Assembly (NCBI RefSeq): GCF_001194135.2 | Contig: NC_068982.1 | Span: 143,974,098-144,007,555 of the forward strand | Reading direction: 5' to 3' | From: Octopus bimaculoides | Taxonomy: Eukaryota | DNA length: 33,458 bases | Part shown: positions 1-11,697 of the stretch, in pieces | How positions within the stretch are numbered: the stretch's first letter is position 1 | Layout of the letters: every line of letters starts with the position of its first letter | Made by a program: the position numbers and the translations under genes | Notes under the pieces: generated by a model | Told to the model about the DNA's origin: nothing | What the model saw: only the letters and a program-made list of their open reading frames with translations | Database searches by the model: none

Positions 1-183
1 TTTCTTTTCTTTTTTTTTATTCACTATAATTTTAATCATTTAATTTTTGCTAATTTTTTTTAACCGTTTAAATTTTGCTAATTCTTTTCAATAAATCATT
101 TCACAAAGTATACCCAATTTTTATTTTCAAACATAAAAGGTACACACATAAAAGGTCTATCAATCGATCAATAGACAGACAGA

Positions 184-185
<2 letters not shown>

Positions 186-227
<42 letters not shown>
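186..227. repeat. (GT)n microsatellite
   Basis: Pure GT dinucleotide run. Confidence 0.98.
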
Positions 228-230
<3 letters not shown>

Positions 231-385
231 CAGAGCCTTTCTTGTCCCGGTTGCGAAATAAAAGAAAATGGTCATTCTAGATATTGTGTATGTTGTTTCT
301 AATGACCAGTATATCTCTATCCCGATGCAATAACTTTATGCTGTGCCTATGTAAAATTGGTGTATTTATTCATCAGTTACAAGAC

Positions 386-503
386 GCTGAGCTTACAATT
401 GCAAGGTCGTGAGTACAATTGTCGGAACGGGTAGTGTGTTGTACCTTTGGGCAAGAGACTTTATTTCCAGTTACTTCACTCCACTCAGCTGAAAATAAGT
501 ACC
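386..503 (+). mobile_element. Degenerate tRNA-derived SINE fragment (same family as 32358-32655)
   Basis: 'gtgttgtacctttgggcaagagactttattt...ccactcagctg' aligns to 'gtgttgtgttcttgagcaagacactttattt...tcactcagctg' at about 32397-32451. Confidence 0.6.
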
Positions 504-740
504 AGCAAACAGCTGGAACTTAACCCTATTAAGGACTGGCAGTCCCGTTCTGGGGTGGGGGCGGCGGTGGCGCAGTGATTTTGATTCGCAATCTTTATAC
601 GTCGTGGAAACAGGAATAAACTCCGACCTCTAGACTCGAAACAGATTTCCTTCTCAATCAATAACTTCCCCTTTGAACGAGCCAACGACCTGCTAAGAAT
701 AGCAACTAAATCTCCTTCAAATCACATCTCAACTTCTTAA

Positions 741-1074
741 CCTTTTTGTTACCATATTTCCGATGGTTTCATTTAATATTCAAAATAATGAAGAATTTAG
801 TAAAATAATTGTCTTTGTAGTGGCATTTCTTCCGGCTTTACGTTCCGAGTTCAACTTTACCCTTCATCCTTTTGGGGTCGATAGAATAAGTACCATTTGA
901 TCACTGAGCCAATGCTATCGATTAGCTCCTTTCCACAAATGTCACGCCTTGTGTCTATAGTAGATAGAATTATTAGTCTGCTGCTTAGAACAAGGTTTTA
1001 GTTTAGATAACTTTAAAAAAACGAAATTTGTATTATGACCGAGAGGGGTCATAGTCGGGTTGAAAGCAAAAGGA
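741..1074. mobile_element. piggyBac-type MITE carrying a nested SINE fragment (about 819-977)
   Basis: TTAA at 737-740 and 1075-1078. Imperfect TIRs cctttttgttacc / ccttttgctttc (rc). Internal 'ccttcatccttttggggtcgatagaataagtacc' is the central domain of the SINE family at 27197-27620. Confidence 0.55.
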
Positions 1075-2209
1075 TTAAGGGCGTATTAAATGATTACCAA
1101 AAACAACTAGGAGTTAACCCTATTGGGGACTATAAAGCATGAAGTACGTTCTATCATTGAACCGAAGCAATGTTTCCAAACCCTACTACGGACTTAAAAC
1201 ATGTGCTATCGGACCGAAGCAATCCTTCGAAACCCTAATACGGACCGAAGCAATCCCGTTCTGGATGGGATTATTACGTCAAGGCTGGATTGTCTTTAAG
1301 CATAGTTCTCTTCGATCAGAGTTAATTAGCAGCAAAACAATTTCCCCGACAAAGCAAATACCCACAAAGTCAATGTTGGGTGATGGACTTGATTATCCCT
1401 TTTGAATATAACTCAAGCTTTATCTTTCTGTAGCAGCATTTTTTAGCAAAACAACTTGGCAGGGCCTAGTTTCTACTGCAATCCAAGTCGATGCTGGGAT
1501 GTGAACCCCGTGCTGCTAAGCCACCTGTAAGATAGAAATTGATCTTGCTCCATTGATAACCGCAGAAAGCTATATTGCTTCGTGGGATTTAAGAACAGGT
1601 GAAGGTATATGAAATCGGAGAAAGTTCAAGGTATATCGACCTGTACTTATAGTTCGGTACATGCGACGGAATATGAAACGATCAGGGACCGCTAATGGTA
1701 AAATTAGGGCATATCAGATTCGATCATCGGCAAATTTAGCAAAATAAAAACTTTAACAAGTAACCAAATAAATAAACAAATAAAAATATAGATATTCAGT
1801 TTAAACGAAAGAAGAAAAAAAAAACAGAAAAAAAATGGAATTCCACGATCGACGGCGTTTCAACTTAACGTAAATAACGAAGATTACAATAAAGAACGTG
1901 CTGAGCTGGGATACCCAACGCTCGAGTCATTTAAAAATTTTAGATAACATTAGTTTTCACAAAATCCAGTCCCGAAGAATTAAGCTCTTTTATTACAATT
2001 TTATCGAAAGGTATTTACATTGTAATTCATTATGTTTTTATTGTGTATTCGTTGAATTAAGGAATGGAGAGACTTATGTGAGCCGGGGAGTGTGTCTGCG
2101 TGCGTGTGTGTGCAACATATACTATGTATGTGTGTGTATATATATATATATATATATGTATATGTATATAAAAGGCATATATACGTGTAATATGTATGTG
2201 TATGTATGC

Positions 2210-2246
<37 letters not shown>

Positions 2247-2346
2247 NNNNNNNNNNNNNNNNNNNNNNNNNNNNNNNNNNNNNNNNNNNNNNNNNNNNNN
2301 NNNNNNNNNNNNNNNNNNNNNNNNNNNNNNNNNNNNNNNNNNNNNN
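2247..2346. other. Assembly gap (100 N) inside a (TA)n run
   Basis: N run flanked by TA repeats. Confidence 0.99.
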
Positions 2347-3070
2347 TATATAATGTATATATATATATATATATAATATAATCTATGATATAAATTGAAG
2401 TTGGCCGACCATTGTATTCTTTCTTGTTTTGAGGTTCACGGCCAATTCGCGTGAAAAATGGCACACATGTGGAGACGGGTGCATAGATAGGAACGCGCTT
2501 TCTATTTTTTCCTAGCCCCCATACTTACAGAGAAAATCGATTAAAACAGCCTACATGCATGCTTACGTGTATGTGTGTGTGTGTCACTGAAACCATTCAT
2601 ACATATATATACATATAATAAATAAATAAACTGAATGATAAATTTCAGTTATCTCTCTCTTTCTTTCTTTCTCTTTCTTTCTCTCTCATATACACATACA
2701 CCATCAACATTACTCTCTCTGTCGTGCACACCCAGTCAAACATACACTCTCACACACACACAAACATACGCACGCACATCAATTCTCCCCTCTCACCACA
2801 ATTTCAAAAGAAGTTCAGTCATAAAACTGTCCATGTATCTTCATTCGACACCCACTTCAAAAGATCGCCTTCCCTTTTCACTTGTTTGGCCATTGATCAA
2901 GGGATAAAACACAAACCATCTCCTGCTAAATGCAAAAATCCCGCCAAAAATACACACACATACACACACAAATGGACACATCATGTCTTTCAGTTTCTCT
3001 ATGATTATACACGCGCTGAAAACAATAGCTCTTACATACATTTTAAATTTCAACAGGTATGTATCAATTT

Positions 3071-3360
3071 CATCATCATCATTGTTTAACGTCCGCTTTC
3101 CATGCTAGCATGGGTTGGACGATTTGACTGAGGACTGGCAAGCCAGAAGGCTGCACCAGGCTCCAATCTGATCTGGCAGAGTTTCTACAGTTGGATGCCC
3201 TTCCTAATGCCAACCACTCCAAGAGTGTAGTGGGTGCTTTTATGTGTCACCAGCACAAGGGCCAGTCACACGGTACTGGCAACAGCCAAGCTCAAAATGG
3301 TGTTTTTTACGTGCCACCTGCATGGGAAGCAGTCCAGCGGCTCTAGCAACGACCTCACTC
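3071..3360 (-). mobile_element. 3' end of RTE-clade LINE (5'-truncated copy)
   Basis: Reverse complement of the 3' UTR and (GAT)n tail of the element at about 11310-11600. Confidence 0.9.
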
Positions 3361-3399
3361 AAATGATTTTCTATAATATAAATTGTTTTTCTATAAGTG

Positions 3400-4470
3400 T
3401 ATAACAATTACTTATTCCATAGTTCACTTAGCTTTTCTCTTCACTTTTCTTAAGTTGGATATGTCTGCTATTAATTCTTATATACAATTTCCCCGTTAAT
3501 TCTTACAGCTTCATTTTCTGTTAAAGCAATTCTTAACGTCAGCTTCTTAACATAATACGCAGAATTCTCAATTCTCACATTAATACATTAGGGTGTTTTG
3601 AGGGAGATTTGGCTGCTATTTCTACCAGGTCTACCTACCATGTAGAGGTCTGAACTTATTTTTCATTCACAGATTTGCATTTCAAACATTTAACATAATC
3701 TTTTCCATAAATCAACTATCATAAAAATTTTCTACCATGACCTCACATGCAATTACCCTTTCTTCTGCCATTAACACCAGTTGCTCACACACCTTACAGT
3801 TTCTCATTCAAACTACATAATATGCAGAATTGTAGCATTAATACAGTAGGGGTGTTTTGAGGGAGATTTGCCTGCTATTTCTACCAGGTCTACCTACCAT
3901 GTAGAGGTCTGAACTTCTTTTCCATTTACAGATTTGCATTTCAAACATTTAACATAATCTTTTCCATACATCAACTATTGTAAAAATTTTCTACCATGAC
4001 CTCACATTTTCTATGTATGTGTGTGTACCTTAAAATACGTGATTACACAGGTCCAATAAAATACTTCTCAGAAACAGACTACCTAGAAATTCTTTCTTCA
4101 AAACTCCTGAAGCTGTTTCCTGCGAAGATATTTTGGAAACACTTCCGCCCTCCCCCCACCACTTTTTCTGCCACATTTCTTTATTTCTAAAATTTCTTTT
4201 GCCAAAAATCCCCGTTTTCGGGTATGAATGACTTATTCCATAATTCTCCACTTAACTTTTATATTCACTTTCTTTAAATTGGATACATCTGCTATTAAGT
4301 CGCAGAACTTTGGCAGTACAGTTACAATTCATTTCTGCTTTACTTCTTACATACAATTTGCCCGCAAATTTTTTCCTTTTAATGATTAGACAGACGTCCA
4401 ATAGAATAGCTCTCACAAACAAACTACATACAAATTCTTTCTTCATAACTCCTGAAGCCATTTTCTGACA
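3400..4470. repeat. Mosaic of local direct duplications (A-B-B'-C-A'-C')
   Basis: About 3545-3760 matches 3815-4008; 3405-3480 matches 4230-4300; 4050-4130 matches 4395-4470. All visible by eye. Confidence 0.8.
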
Positions 4471-4623
4471 GGAGGGAGTGAAATCTTCATACAGCTGGAG
4501 GCTCCAATCGAAATGGGACACGAAATGATCAGGTTGAGAAACGCTGTTATAGATTATGCCTAACCGAAAACAATCACAGCCACATCATCCAAACAGACCG
4601 GGTGAAACCGGGTTTAGCTGCTA

Positions 4624-4654
<31 letters not shown>

Positions 4655-4951
4655 NNNNNNNNNNNNNNNNNNNNNNNNNNNNNNNNNNNNNNNNNNNNNN
4701 NNNNNNNNNNNNNNNNNNNNNNNNNNNNNNNNNNNNNNNNNNNNNNNNNNNNNNNNNNNNNNNNNNNNNNNNNNNNNNNNNNNNNNNNNNNNNNNNNNNN
4801 NNNNNNNNNNNNNNNNNNNNNNNNNNNNNNNNNNNNNNNNNNNNNNNNNNNNNNNNNNNNNNNNNNNNNNNNNNNNNNNNNNNNNNNNNNNNNNNNNNNN
4901 NNNNNNNNNNNNNNNNNNNNNNNNNNNNNNNNNNNNNNNNNNNNNNNNNNN
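4655..4951. other. Assembly gap (297 N)
   Basis: N run after (TA)n. Confidence 0.99.
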
Positions 4952-5046
4952 ATACATGAAATTTATAAAGATCGGGAGAACAGAGATTTGCACATCCAAA
5001 TTTTATTATACAGTTAATCACATTGTTTTTCATTGAGAGTTATTTG

Positions 5047-5110
5047 TGTATGTGTGTGTGTGTGAGCGTGGGTGTATGTGTGACAGAGAAAGGAGAGTTA
5101 GTGAGAAAAG

Positions 5111-5174
<64 letters not shown>
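5047..5174. repeat. Compound (TG)n/(GA)n microsatellite
   Basis: TG runs, then a pure GA run at about 5123-5174. Confidence 0.95.
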
Positions 5175-5176
<2 letters not shown>

Positions 5177-5857
5177 CATAGTGATGAGAGTAGTTATTGA
5201 TGGTTGTTTTTTGAGTCTCCTCGTTTGCCATTTGATATGTGGAACAGACATGTTGTTCAACAGAATATGTACAGTTGGAAAATTCTTTTTCTTCACTGTG
5301 TACATCTAATCTTATGTCACAAACAGGATAATCAATAATGGATAAGTTTTATTATTTTACTAAACTCTTGAAATCGTTGATTAATTGGAAAATTGACTAA
5401 AACAAATAGACAATATATAGCATCAGGAATATGGTCATGAAAGTGTTAAAAGCTTCATCAGAACTATTGTGGTGATGGTTCTTGTTTGACTCCAGGTAAG
5501 CCCTGCTTAAGGAGACATGTTCAGGAATAAACAATTCATGTAATCCCCGTCCTTTTCAATGGTATTATAAAACAGTATGGTATGATTTTAAAAAAGTGTT
5601 TGGTTACTATTTCTAACAGGTCAAGTGACCTTGTAGATGTCTTCTCATAGACGTAGCTGTGACTGTTCCCTACCTATCATGTAATGATACATTGACAGGT
5701 CAGTGTCTAAATTAGAAAGTTTGAAGTTCAAGGGAGATAATTCATGTAGTCTTGTTACAAGCCAAGATGTGCTCTTAGATTGTCACTCGACCGGCTAAGG
5801 GAACAGCATTTTCTTTTCTTTCTTTGTCGTTGTATTTAAATATTTCTAGACGTAGAA

Positions 5858-6403
5858 CAGGAGTTCCCATCCTGCGATATTCGAGAGATTATTTTTCTAG
5901 GAGTGCGACAAAGACGGAAAAAATATAATTTATTTAGATGAATTTTGAAAATAAAAGTATTAACCAACTCCTATAGAACTCTATTCTACTAAGCACTTTT
6001 TTTTATTTTGTATGAGTAAATTTGATTACGGCCAAAAGCACATTCTATTTGAGGAATAGGGGCACATTCCAAATGGAACATGTTCTCATTCCATTTGTAA
6101 CAACATTCTTGTGTGAATCTAGATTCAGTTCTCTTTCGTCACTCAACACAAAATCTAGGTTTCACCTGAATCTACAGGCAGACCTGCAGATAGCAGTTTG
6201 CAAGAAAATTCCACGTTCTGATAATGTTCTGAACGAAAAACAAGACAACAAAGAAGTCATTGAAATTTTGTTTTCAATTGTGACTGATTTCCCTGTTTAC
6301 AGTTATCTTTTTCTAAATTGTTTACGTTTCTATTCTTATGCATTCTGCGTCAAAAATTATAATTTTAGTCCAGTTTGTTCACCCACCTTACTGTATGAAG
6401 CTT

Positions 6404-6439
<36 letters not shown>

Positions 6440-7077
6440 AAAACGAATGATAAATTACCGTTTTTCATGTCATGGAAGATGCACTCAAATTTCAGCTGCG
6501 TATATTCAGGAAAAGTTTTTAGTACCTTTAAGCATGTTATATAGACTCGGCTTCATATGTAGGACTCGGGGTAATTATTACAAAATTAACTTTTCCGTAA
6601 GGGAAGTCGAGGCAAGTTGATCCAGTTTTAGATCTAGGCATGTTAGGAGCGAAATGACTGATGATCTTGCAGAAAATAGTATCTTACCTTTAAATTTAAT
6701 CCTTAGGAAACATTTGTAGCTAATTCTAACTTTCTATCTTCACACCTTTCAAAAAGTGAATATCAAATGATTCAGTTTTCTCCGCTTGTGGGATAAGTTG
6801 ATCCAACCTCTGGAGTAAGTTGATCAGTGGTCCAAATAAAGTTAACTGCGGTACAAACCCATTGTTCTGCCTGAAAAATATAGTTAATGTTGTAATTACA
6901 GCATTGTGCAAAATGATTACCTTGTGTTCATCGTTATAACAGTCAGTTAAAAACTAATTGAGTCAGAGAACAGTCAAGAATGTCAACTATGGTAAGAAAC
7001 GTCAACTCTATTGAGCTGCAAAAATTACTCAATCATTTCCTAGGGCTGCAGGGCATAGAAAAATTTGGGAACCATTG
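5858..7077 (+). mobile_element. Internally deleted hAT (Buster/Charlie-type) transposon remnant; boundaries tentative
   Basis: TIR-like CAGGAGTTCCCATCC at 5858 and rc CAATGGTTCCCAAAT ending at 7077. Flanks acgTAgaa / atccagaa match 5 of 8 (Buster TSD pattern nnnTAnnn). Contains a transposase fragment. Confidence 0.45.
6073..6252 (+). pseudogene. hAT transposase C-terminal dimerisation-domain fragment
   Basis: VLIPFVTTFLCESRFSSLSSLNTKSRFHLNLQADLQIAVCKKIPRSDNVLNEKQ resembles the Buster/ZBED5-type LLPFxTTYLCExGFS...KTKYRNRL...DMRxxLSxxxP motif. Confidence 0.82.
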
Positions 7078-7149
7078 ATCCAGAAGTACATTGTCATTTA
7101 TTTATTTATTTATTCATTCATTTATCTATTTATTTATTTATTTATTTAA

Positions 7150-8165
7150 GAAGACAGTGATATGAAGGAGATTCGACTGCTATGTCTAGCAAGTCGAGCC
7201 ATCATGTAGAGACTCTTTGATATTGCTGTTGATGATGCGGTTGTTGCTTAGCGCCAGGGGAGTTTAAATGAAACAGTCTTATGATCAAAGACGTTCCAGC
7301 CGTACCCATCTTGTCTTGTGGGGATTATCTAAGCCTACATTATATGGTGTCATTTAAGAAATAATCTTAGAAAAAGAGTTATACCCCCACCGCCTTAAGG
7401 GAAGATGGGGAAGAACACATTGGATACTATAGGCCTAGATATTAAAAATAAGACAGGAAATTTGATTTTAGATCAACGTAATGAAGGTTGACCTGGAGTT
7501 AAACGACAAGATAAAAACGAGTCAACAAATGAATCTCTACGTGATCGGTCGATCTGCTAGAAAAAGCAGCCAAATCCCCTCTGCTATACAATAGTGTTTT
7601 TAAAAGAAAAAATGACACATTGTATTACATAGCCCTTGATATATAAAAGACAGGATGGTCATGTTGGAATGCCTTTGATCATATATCCGCTCATTATGGA
7701 CAGGCTTCAACAACAATATACATAAAAGTTGACAACGGTCAGACTTGAACTCAGAATGTAAAGGGGGGTAACTAGTCAAGGCAAGCTGTTCCATCAGGTG
7801 TTTTACAGGATTGTGATGGTTTGTTGTACTTCTATATAATCGCTTGTAACACAGATACAAAGCTAGGGATTTGGTGGCGGCGTATATCGATTATATTCAA
7901 CCAGTATTTGATTAGTAATGTATTTTATCGATCCCAGGTAGATGAAAAGCATAGCTAACCTTCCGGCCTTTATAAAACGTAAATTTTCTGATTCAGGTAT
8001 ATCTTTGATGCCGCTGTTGTTTAAACCCAGATCGATACTGACTGATCGACCACAGTTATGATCAAAAGTAATCAAGCCATGAAAATCATGTCTTTATCAG
8101 TGGAACGTTAGAACGGTAAGGTGTGATTTGAGGGTGACTTGGCTTCTATTTCTAGCCAGTCACAG
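7150..8165. mobile_element. Cluster of fragments of an unclassified dispersed repeat ('ctgctagaaatagcagccaaatctccc' ... 'gacctggggttaaacaac')
   Basis: The motif recurs in both orientations here and at about 688, 3596, 3858, 5600, 12790, 15660, 17255 and 30810. Confidence 0.75.
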
Positions 8166-8262
8166 TTCTCCAGTTGGATAATAGTTAGCATCAAAGGCAA
8201 CTTGGAGTTAAGGGAGATAATTCACACAAGAGAAAGGATACTACATATTACAGTCTTAAATA

Positions 8263-8494
8263 TAGTAATACATCGCCACCTCGCGGTTCACCTATTGCGA
8301 TTCATTATTTAAGCTTACGTCGATTCTTCCGTGATGTTGTTTTGCATTTATAATACAATAAATGTATACAAATTATAAAAATGATTTTAAAATATACAGT
8401 ACAGTACTGTTTCTATTTCGCTGATTTTCGCCTATCGCGCGTTGGGGTGCGGTGGGGGTTGGACGTAGCATCCGCGATAGTCGAGGGATTACTG
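8263..8494. mobile_element. Tc1/mariner-superfamily (pogo/Tigger-like) MITE
   Basis: TA at 8261-62 and 8495-96. TIRs tagtaatacatcgccacctcgcgg / cagtaatccctcgactatcgcgg (rc). Confidence 0.8.
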
Positions 8495-8663
8495 TACTCC
8501 GAAAATTACGGGAAGGTTACAGCTGGAATGACTTTCATAAGTCTGTGCATCAGGACCCATTTGAGTTAAAACGACTACCTTCTAGAGCTGAAGATGGTGC
8601 CTCTATGTGGTCGTTACGCATGCCATAAATAGCAACCCCATCTTTATCAAATCAAACCTGTTA

Positions 8664-8767
<104 letters not shown>

Positions 8768-8885
8768 GGTTAGATTTTAATTAGTGTATTTACCAATTGT
8801 AACGGGTAAGATTTGTTAGGTACACAATAATATGAAGTGTTGGAGTCAGCAGTTGTAACGATAAGAATTTGTTGCTATAACAGCA

Positions 8886-9559
8886 TGTTGTAGGATGTGA
8901 AAGATGAACACTGCATGAAGTTTTAAGAAAGTATTTATTTACCGTTACGTTACAATACCTTGCCTCGACGGGCAGGTTATGATAAATCCAAAAGCATGCA
9001 AAAGAAAGATGTTTCTTTGCATAGTTTGGCGTATACGAATTGTTAGTAGTAATCCACAGATAGCAATAGAATGATGTTGTAAGAGAGCAGAATTAGAGCT
9101 AGTGAAAGTTGTAGGGTTGTGGCACGTTGTCTCAGTTGCTGATAGTAAACTTCATTTCTCCCTCTGACCAAGGTTCTAGCTGGTCAGCCAAACTTCATTG
9201 TCACTGAGTCGTCACCATGTGGCTGGACTCGTTGAGTCGTCACCGACTGGTGACTAACTGATTTTTGCTTGGGGGTTTCTTGCTTTTATAACTATCTAGA
9301 AGCATAGACATATCATTGAGAACAATAGATTTAGTTGGTGGTCTTGTTATCTCTATTCTAGTTTTTGGTGAAGTAGAAGAAGTAAGAAAGGGTCAAGTGG
9401 TGAAGACATTATTTCGGCCTAGCCAAAGGCATCTGGGAAATGTAAAACTACTGTCAGAGAAAACCCATTGTTCCACTGTGGGAAAAGTTCTGTTGCAGTG
9501 TTAATTTAAATTTGGCTATGGTGGATCGAATCCACTTCATGCATGCAAGATCCACTACA
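8886..9559 (-). mobile_element. Possible solo LTR (Gypsy-like)
   Basis: On the minus strand: TGTAG start at 9559, TATAAA at about 9290, AATAAA at about 8940, terminal ...CCTACAACA at 8886. No TSD could be confirmed. Confidence 0.35.
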
Positions 9560-9573
9560 TATATATATTTCGT

Positions 9574-9820
9574 TACTATTGTGCAAAAGTGTCACAAGTC
9601 CAAAACATTGCTTTTTCAGAAAAACAAAAAATAAATTCGCCAGTAAAACCATTGTACTACACTTTGGCATTTTTGATATCTTGGCACCTGAAGTAGCTGG
9701 AGATATGATTGTTTGTCCAAAAGAACCGGTTATTGCAAGCAAAAAAAAAAAACAAAAAAATATATTGAAAAAAAACGCATTTGGCCAAATTTGGACATAC
9801 GACAGTTTAACATAATAGTA
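9574..9820. mobile_element. TA-flanked MITE
   Basis: About 31-bp imperfect TIRs tactattgtgcaaaagtgtcacaagtccaaa / tactattatgttaaactgtcgtatgtccaaa (rc). Confidence 0.65.
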
Positions 9821-9833
9821 ATGATATAATATA

Positions 9834-9874
<41 letters not shown>

Positions 9875-9879
<5 letters not shown>

Positions 9880-11600
9880 CAAGGACTAGAATCGAAGGGC
9901 CTTAGAGTCAACCTCGCTAAAACCAAAGTCCTAATAAGTAGGAAGGTAGACAAAACACAAACACCCTTCAGGTAGATGGCCCTGCTCGATCTGTAGTAAA
10001 GGCGTAGGTAGAAACTCTAAGATGTGCCCAGTGAAAGCTATGGACACATAAGAGGTGCAGCAATATCAGAGGAAGGTTAACTAGGAAGATAGTTTTTGTA
10101 TGTGACAGATGTTCAGGAACAATAAATACTGAAAATGTGCAGAAAACAACTTTTGCCACGTTCCAGGGAGAAAAACTAGTAGTTGATAGCTTCCGTTATC
10201 TAGGTGACCAAGTTAGTAGCGGGGGAGGGTGTGCTGAAAGTGTAGCTGCTAGAATAAGAATAGCCTGGGCAAAGTTCAGAGAGCTCTTACCTCTGCTGGT
10301 GACAAAGGGCCTCTCACTCAGAGTAAAAGGCAGACTGTATGATGCATGTGTACGAACAGCCATGCTACATGGCAGTGAAACATGGGCCGTGACTGCTGAG
10401 GACATGCATAAGCTCACAAGAAATGAAGCCAGTATGCTCCGATGGATGCGTAATATCAGTGTGCATACTCGACAGAGTGTAAGAACCTTGAGAGAAAAGT
10501 TGGACCTANNNNNNNNNNNNNNNNNNNNNNNNNNNNNNNNNNNNNNNNNNNNNNNNNNNNNNNNNNNNNNNNNNNNNNNNNNNNNNNNNNNNNNNNNNNN
10601 NNNNNNNNNNNNNNNNNNNNNNNNNNNNNNNNNNNNNNNNNNNNNNNNNNNNNNNNNNNNNNNNNNNNNNNNNNNNNNNNNNNNNNNNNNNNNNNNNNNN
10701 NNNNNNNNNNNNNNNNNNNNNNNNNNNNNNNNNNNNNNNNNNNNNNNNNNNNNNNNNNNNNNNNNNNNNNNNNNNNNNNNNNNNNNNNNNNNNNNNNNNN
10801 NNNNNNNNNNNNNNNNNNNNNNNNNNNNNNNNNNNNNNNNNNNNNNNNNNNNNNNNNNNNNNNNNNNNNNNNNNNNNNNNNNNNNNNNNNNNNNNNNNNN
10901 NNNNNNNNNNNNNNNNNNNNNNNNNNNNNNNNNNNNNNNNNNNNNNNNNNNNNNNNNNNNNNNNNNNNNNNNNNNNNNNNNNNNNNNNNNNNNNNNNNNN
11001 NNNNNNNNNNNNNNNNNNNNNNNNNNNNNNNNNNNNNNNNNNNNNNNNNNNNNNNNNNNNNNNNGGACACTAAACTCGGCTTGCGAAGACCTGTTGGGGC
11101 AAGTGAAAGTGAAATTGTGATTGAACCAAATTCAATGACTGGCACCTGTGACAGTGGAGCGCTAAGAGCACCATCCAAGCATGATCATTGCCAGAGCAGC
11201 TGCCTGACTTCTGTGCCAGTGGCACGTAAATAGCACCATTTGAGCGTGATCGTTACCAGCATCACCTTACTGGAACTTGCGCCGGTGGCACGTGAAAAAG
11301 TATTCGAATGAGGTCGTTGCCAGTGCCACTGGACTGGCTCCTGTGCAGGTGGCACGTAAAAAACACCATTTTGAGCTTGGCCGTTGCCAGTACCGCCTGA
11401 CTGGCCATCGTGCCGGTGGTACGTAAAAGCACCCACTACACTCTCGGAGTGGTTAGCGTTAGAAAGGGCATCCAGCTGTAGAAACTCTGCCAGATCAGAT
11501 TGGAGCCTGGTGTAGCCATCCGGTTCACCAGTCCTCAGTCAAATCGTCCAACCCATACTAGTATGGAAGGCGGACATTAAACGATGATGATGATGCTGAT
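9875..11600 (+). mobile_element. 5'-truncated, frameshifted RTE-clade LINE (end of RT, PHD-like finger, post-RT domain, 3' UTR, GAT tail)
   Basis: KQGLESKGLRVNLAKTKVL (RT end) and FRYLG...ARIRIAWAKFRELLPLL...KGRLYDACVRTAMLHGSETW (RTE post-RT domain). Tail taaacgatgatgatgatg. Interrupted by gap 10509-11064. Confidence 0.93.
10509..11064. other. Assembly gap (556 N) within the LINE
   Basis: N run. Confidence 0.99.
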
Positions 11601-11636
11601 ATATATATATATGTATGTATGTATGTATATAAATAT

Positions 11637-11697
11637 ATATGGCGTAGTGGTTAAGAGCACAGGCTACTAACCCGTGCTCTTAACCACTATGCCATAT
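11637..11697. repeat. 24-bp inverted repeat made from a SINE tRNA-head (13-nt loop)
   Basis: atatggcgtagtggttaagagcac / gtgctcttaaccactatgccatat, 23 of 24 complementary. Confidence 0.9.

Noticed and set aside
1532-1612. IDLAPLITAESYIASWDLRTGEG, WD40-like 'WDLRTG'
   Set aside because: Bounded by stops, no in-phase acceptor and no other WD40 features. Probably chance.
2938-2947. E2F-like TCCCGCCAAA and nearby TCF-like words
   Set aside because: Isolated short motifs with no associated gene start, so expected by chance.
1898-5309. ORF-track entries of 60-150 aa with [12 protein letters not shown] or X runs
   Set aside because: They are stop-free only because of microsatellites and N gaps. The same applies to similar calls at 13.2, 20.4 and 31.7-32.7 kb.
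11200-11430. CRISPR-like regularly spaced repeats
   Set aside because: Units are degenerate along their whole length, have no unique spacers, lie in a LINE 3' UTR, and there are no cas genes in this eukaryotic context.
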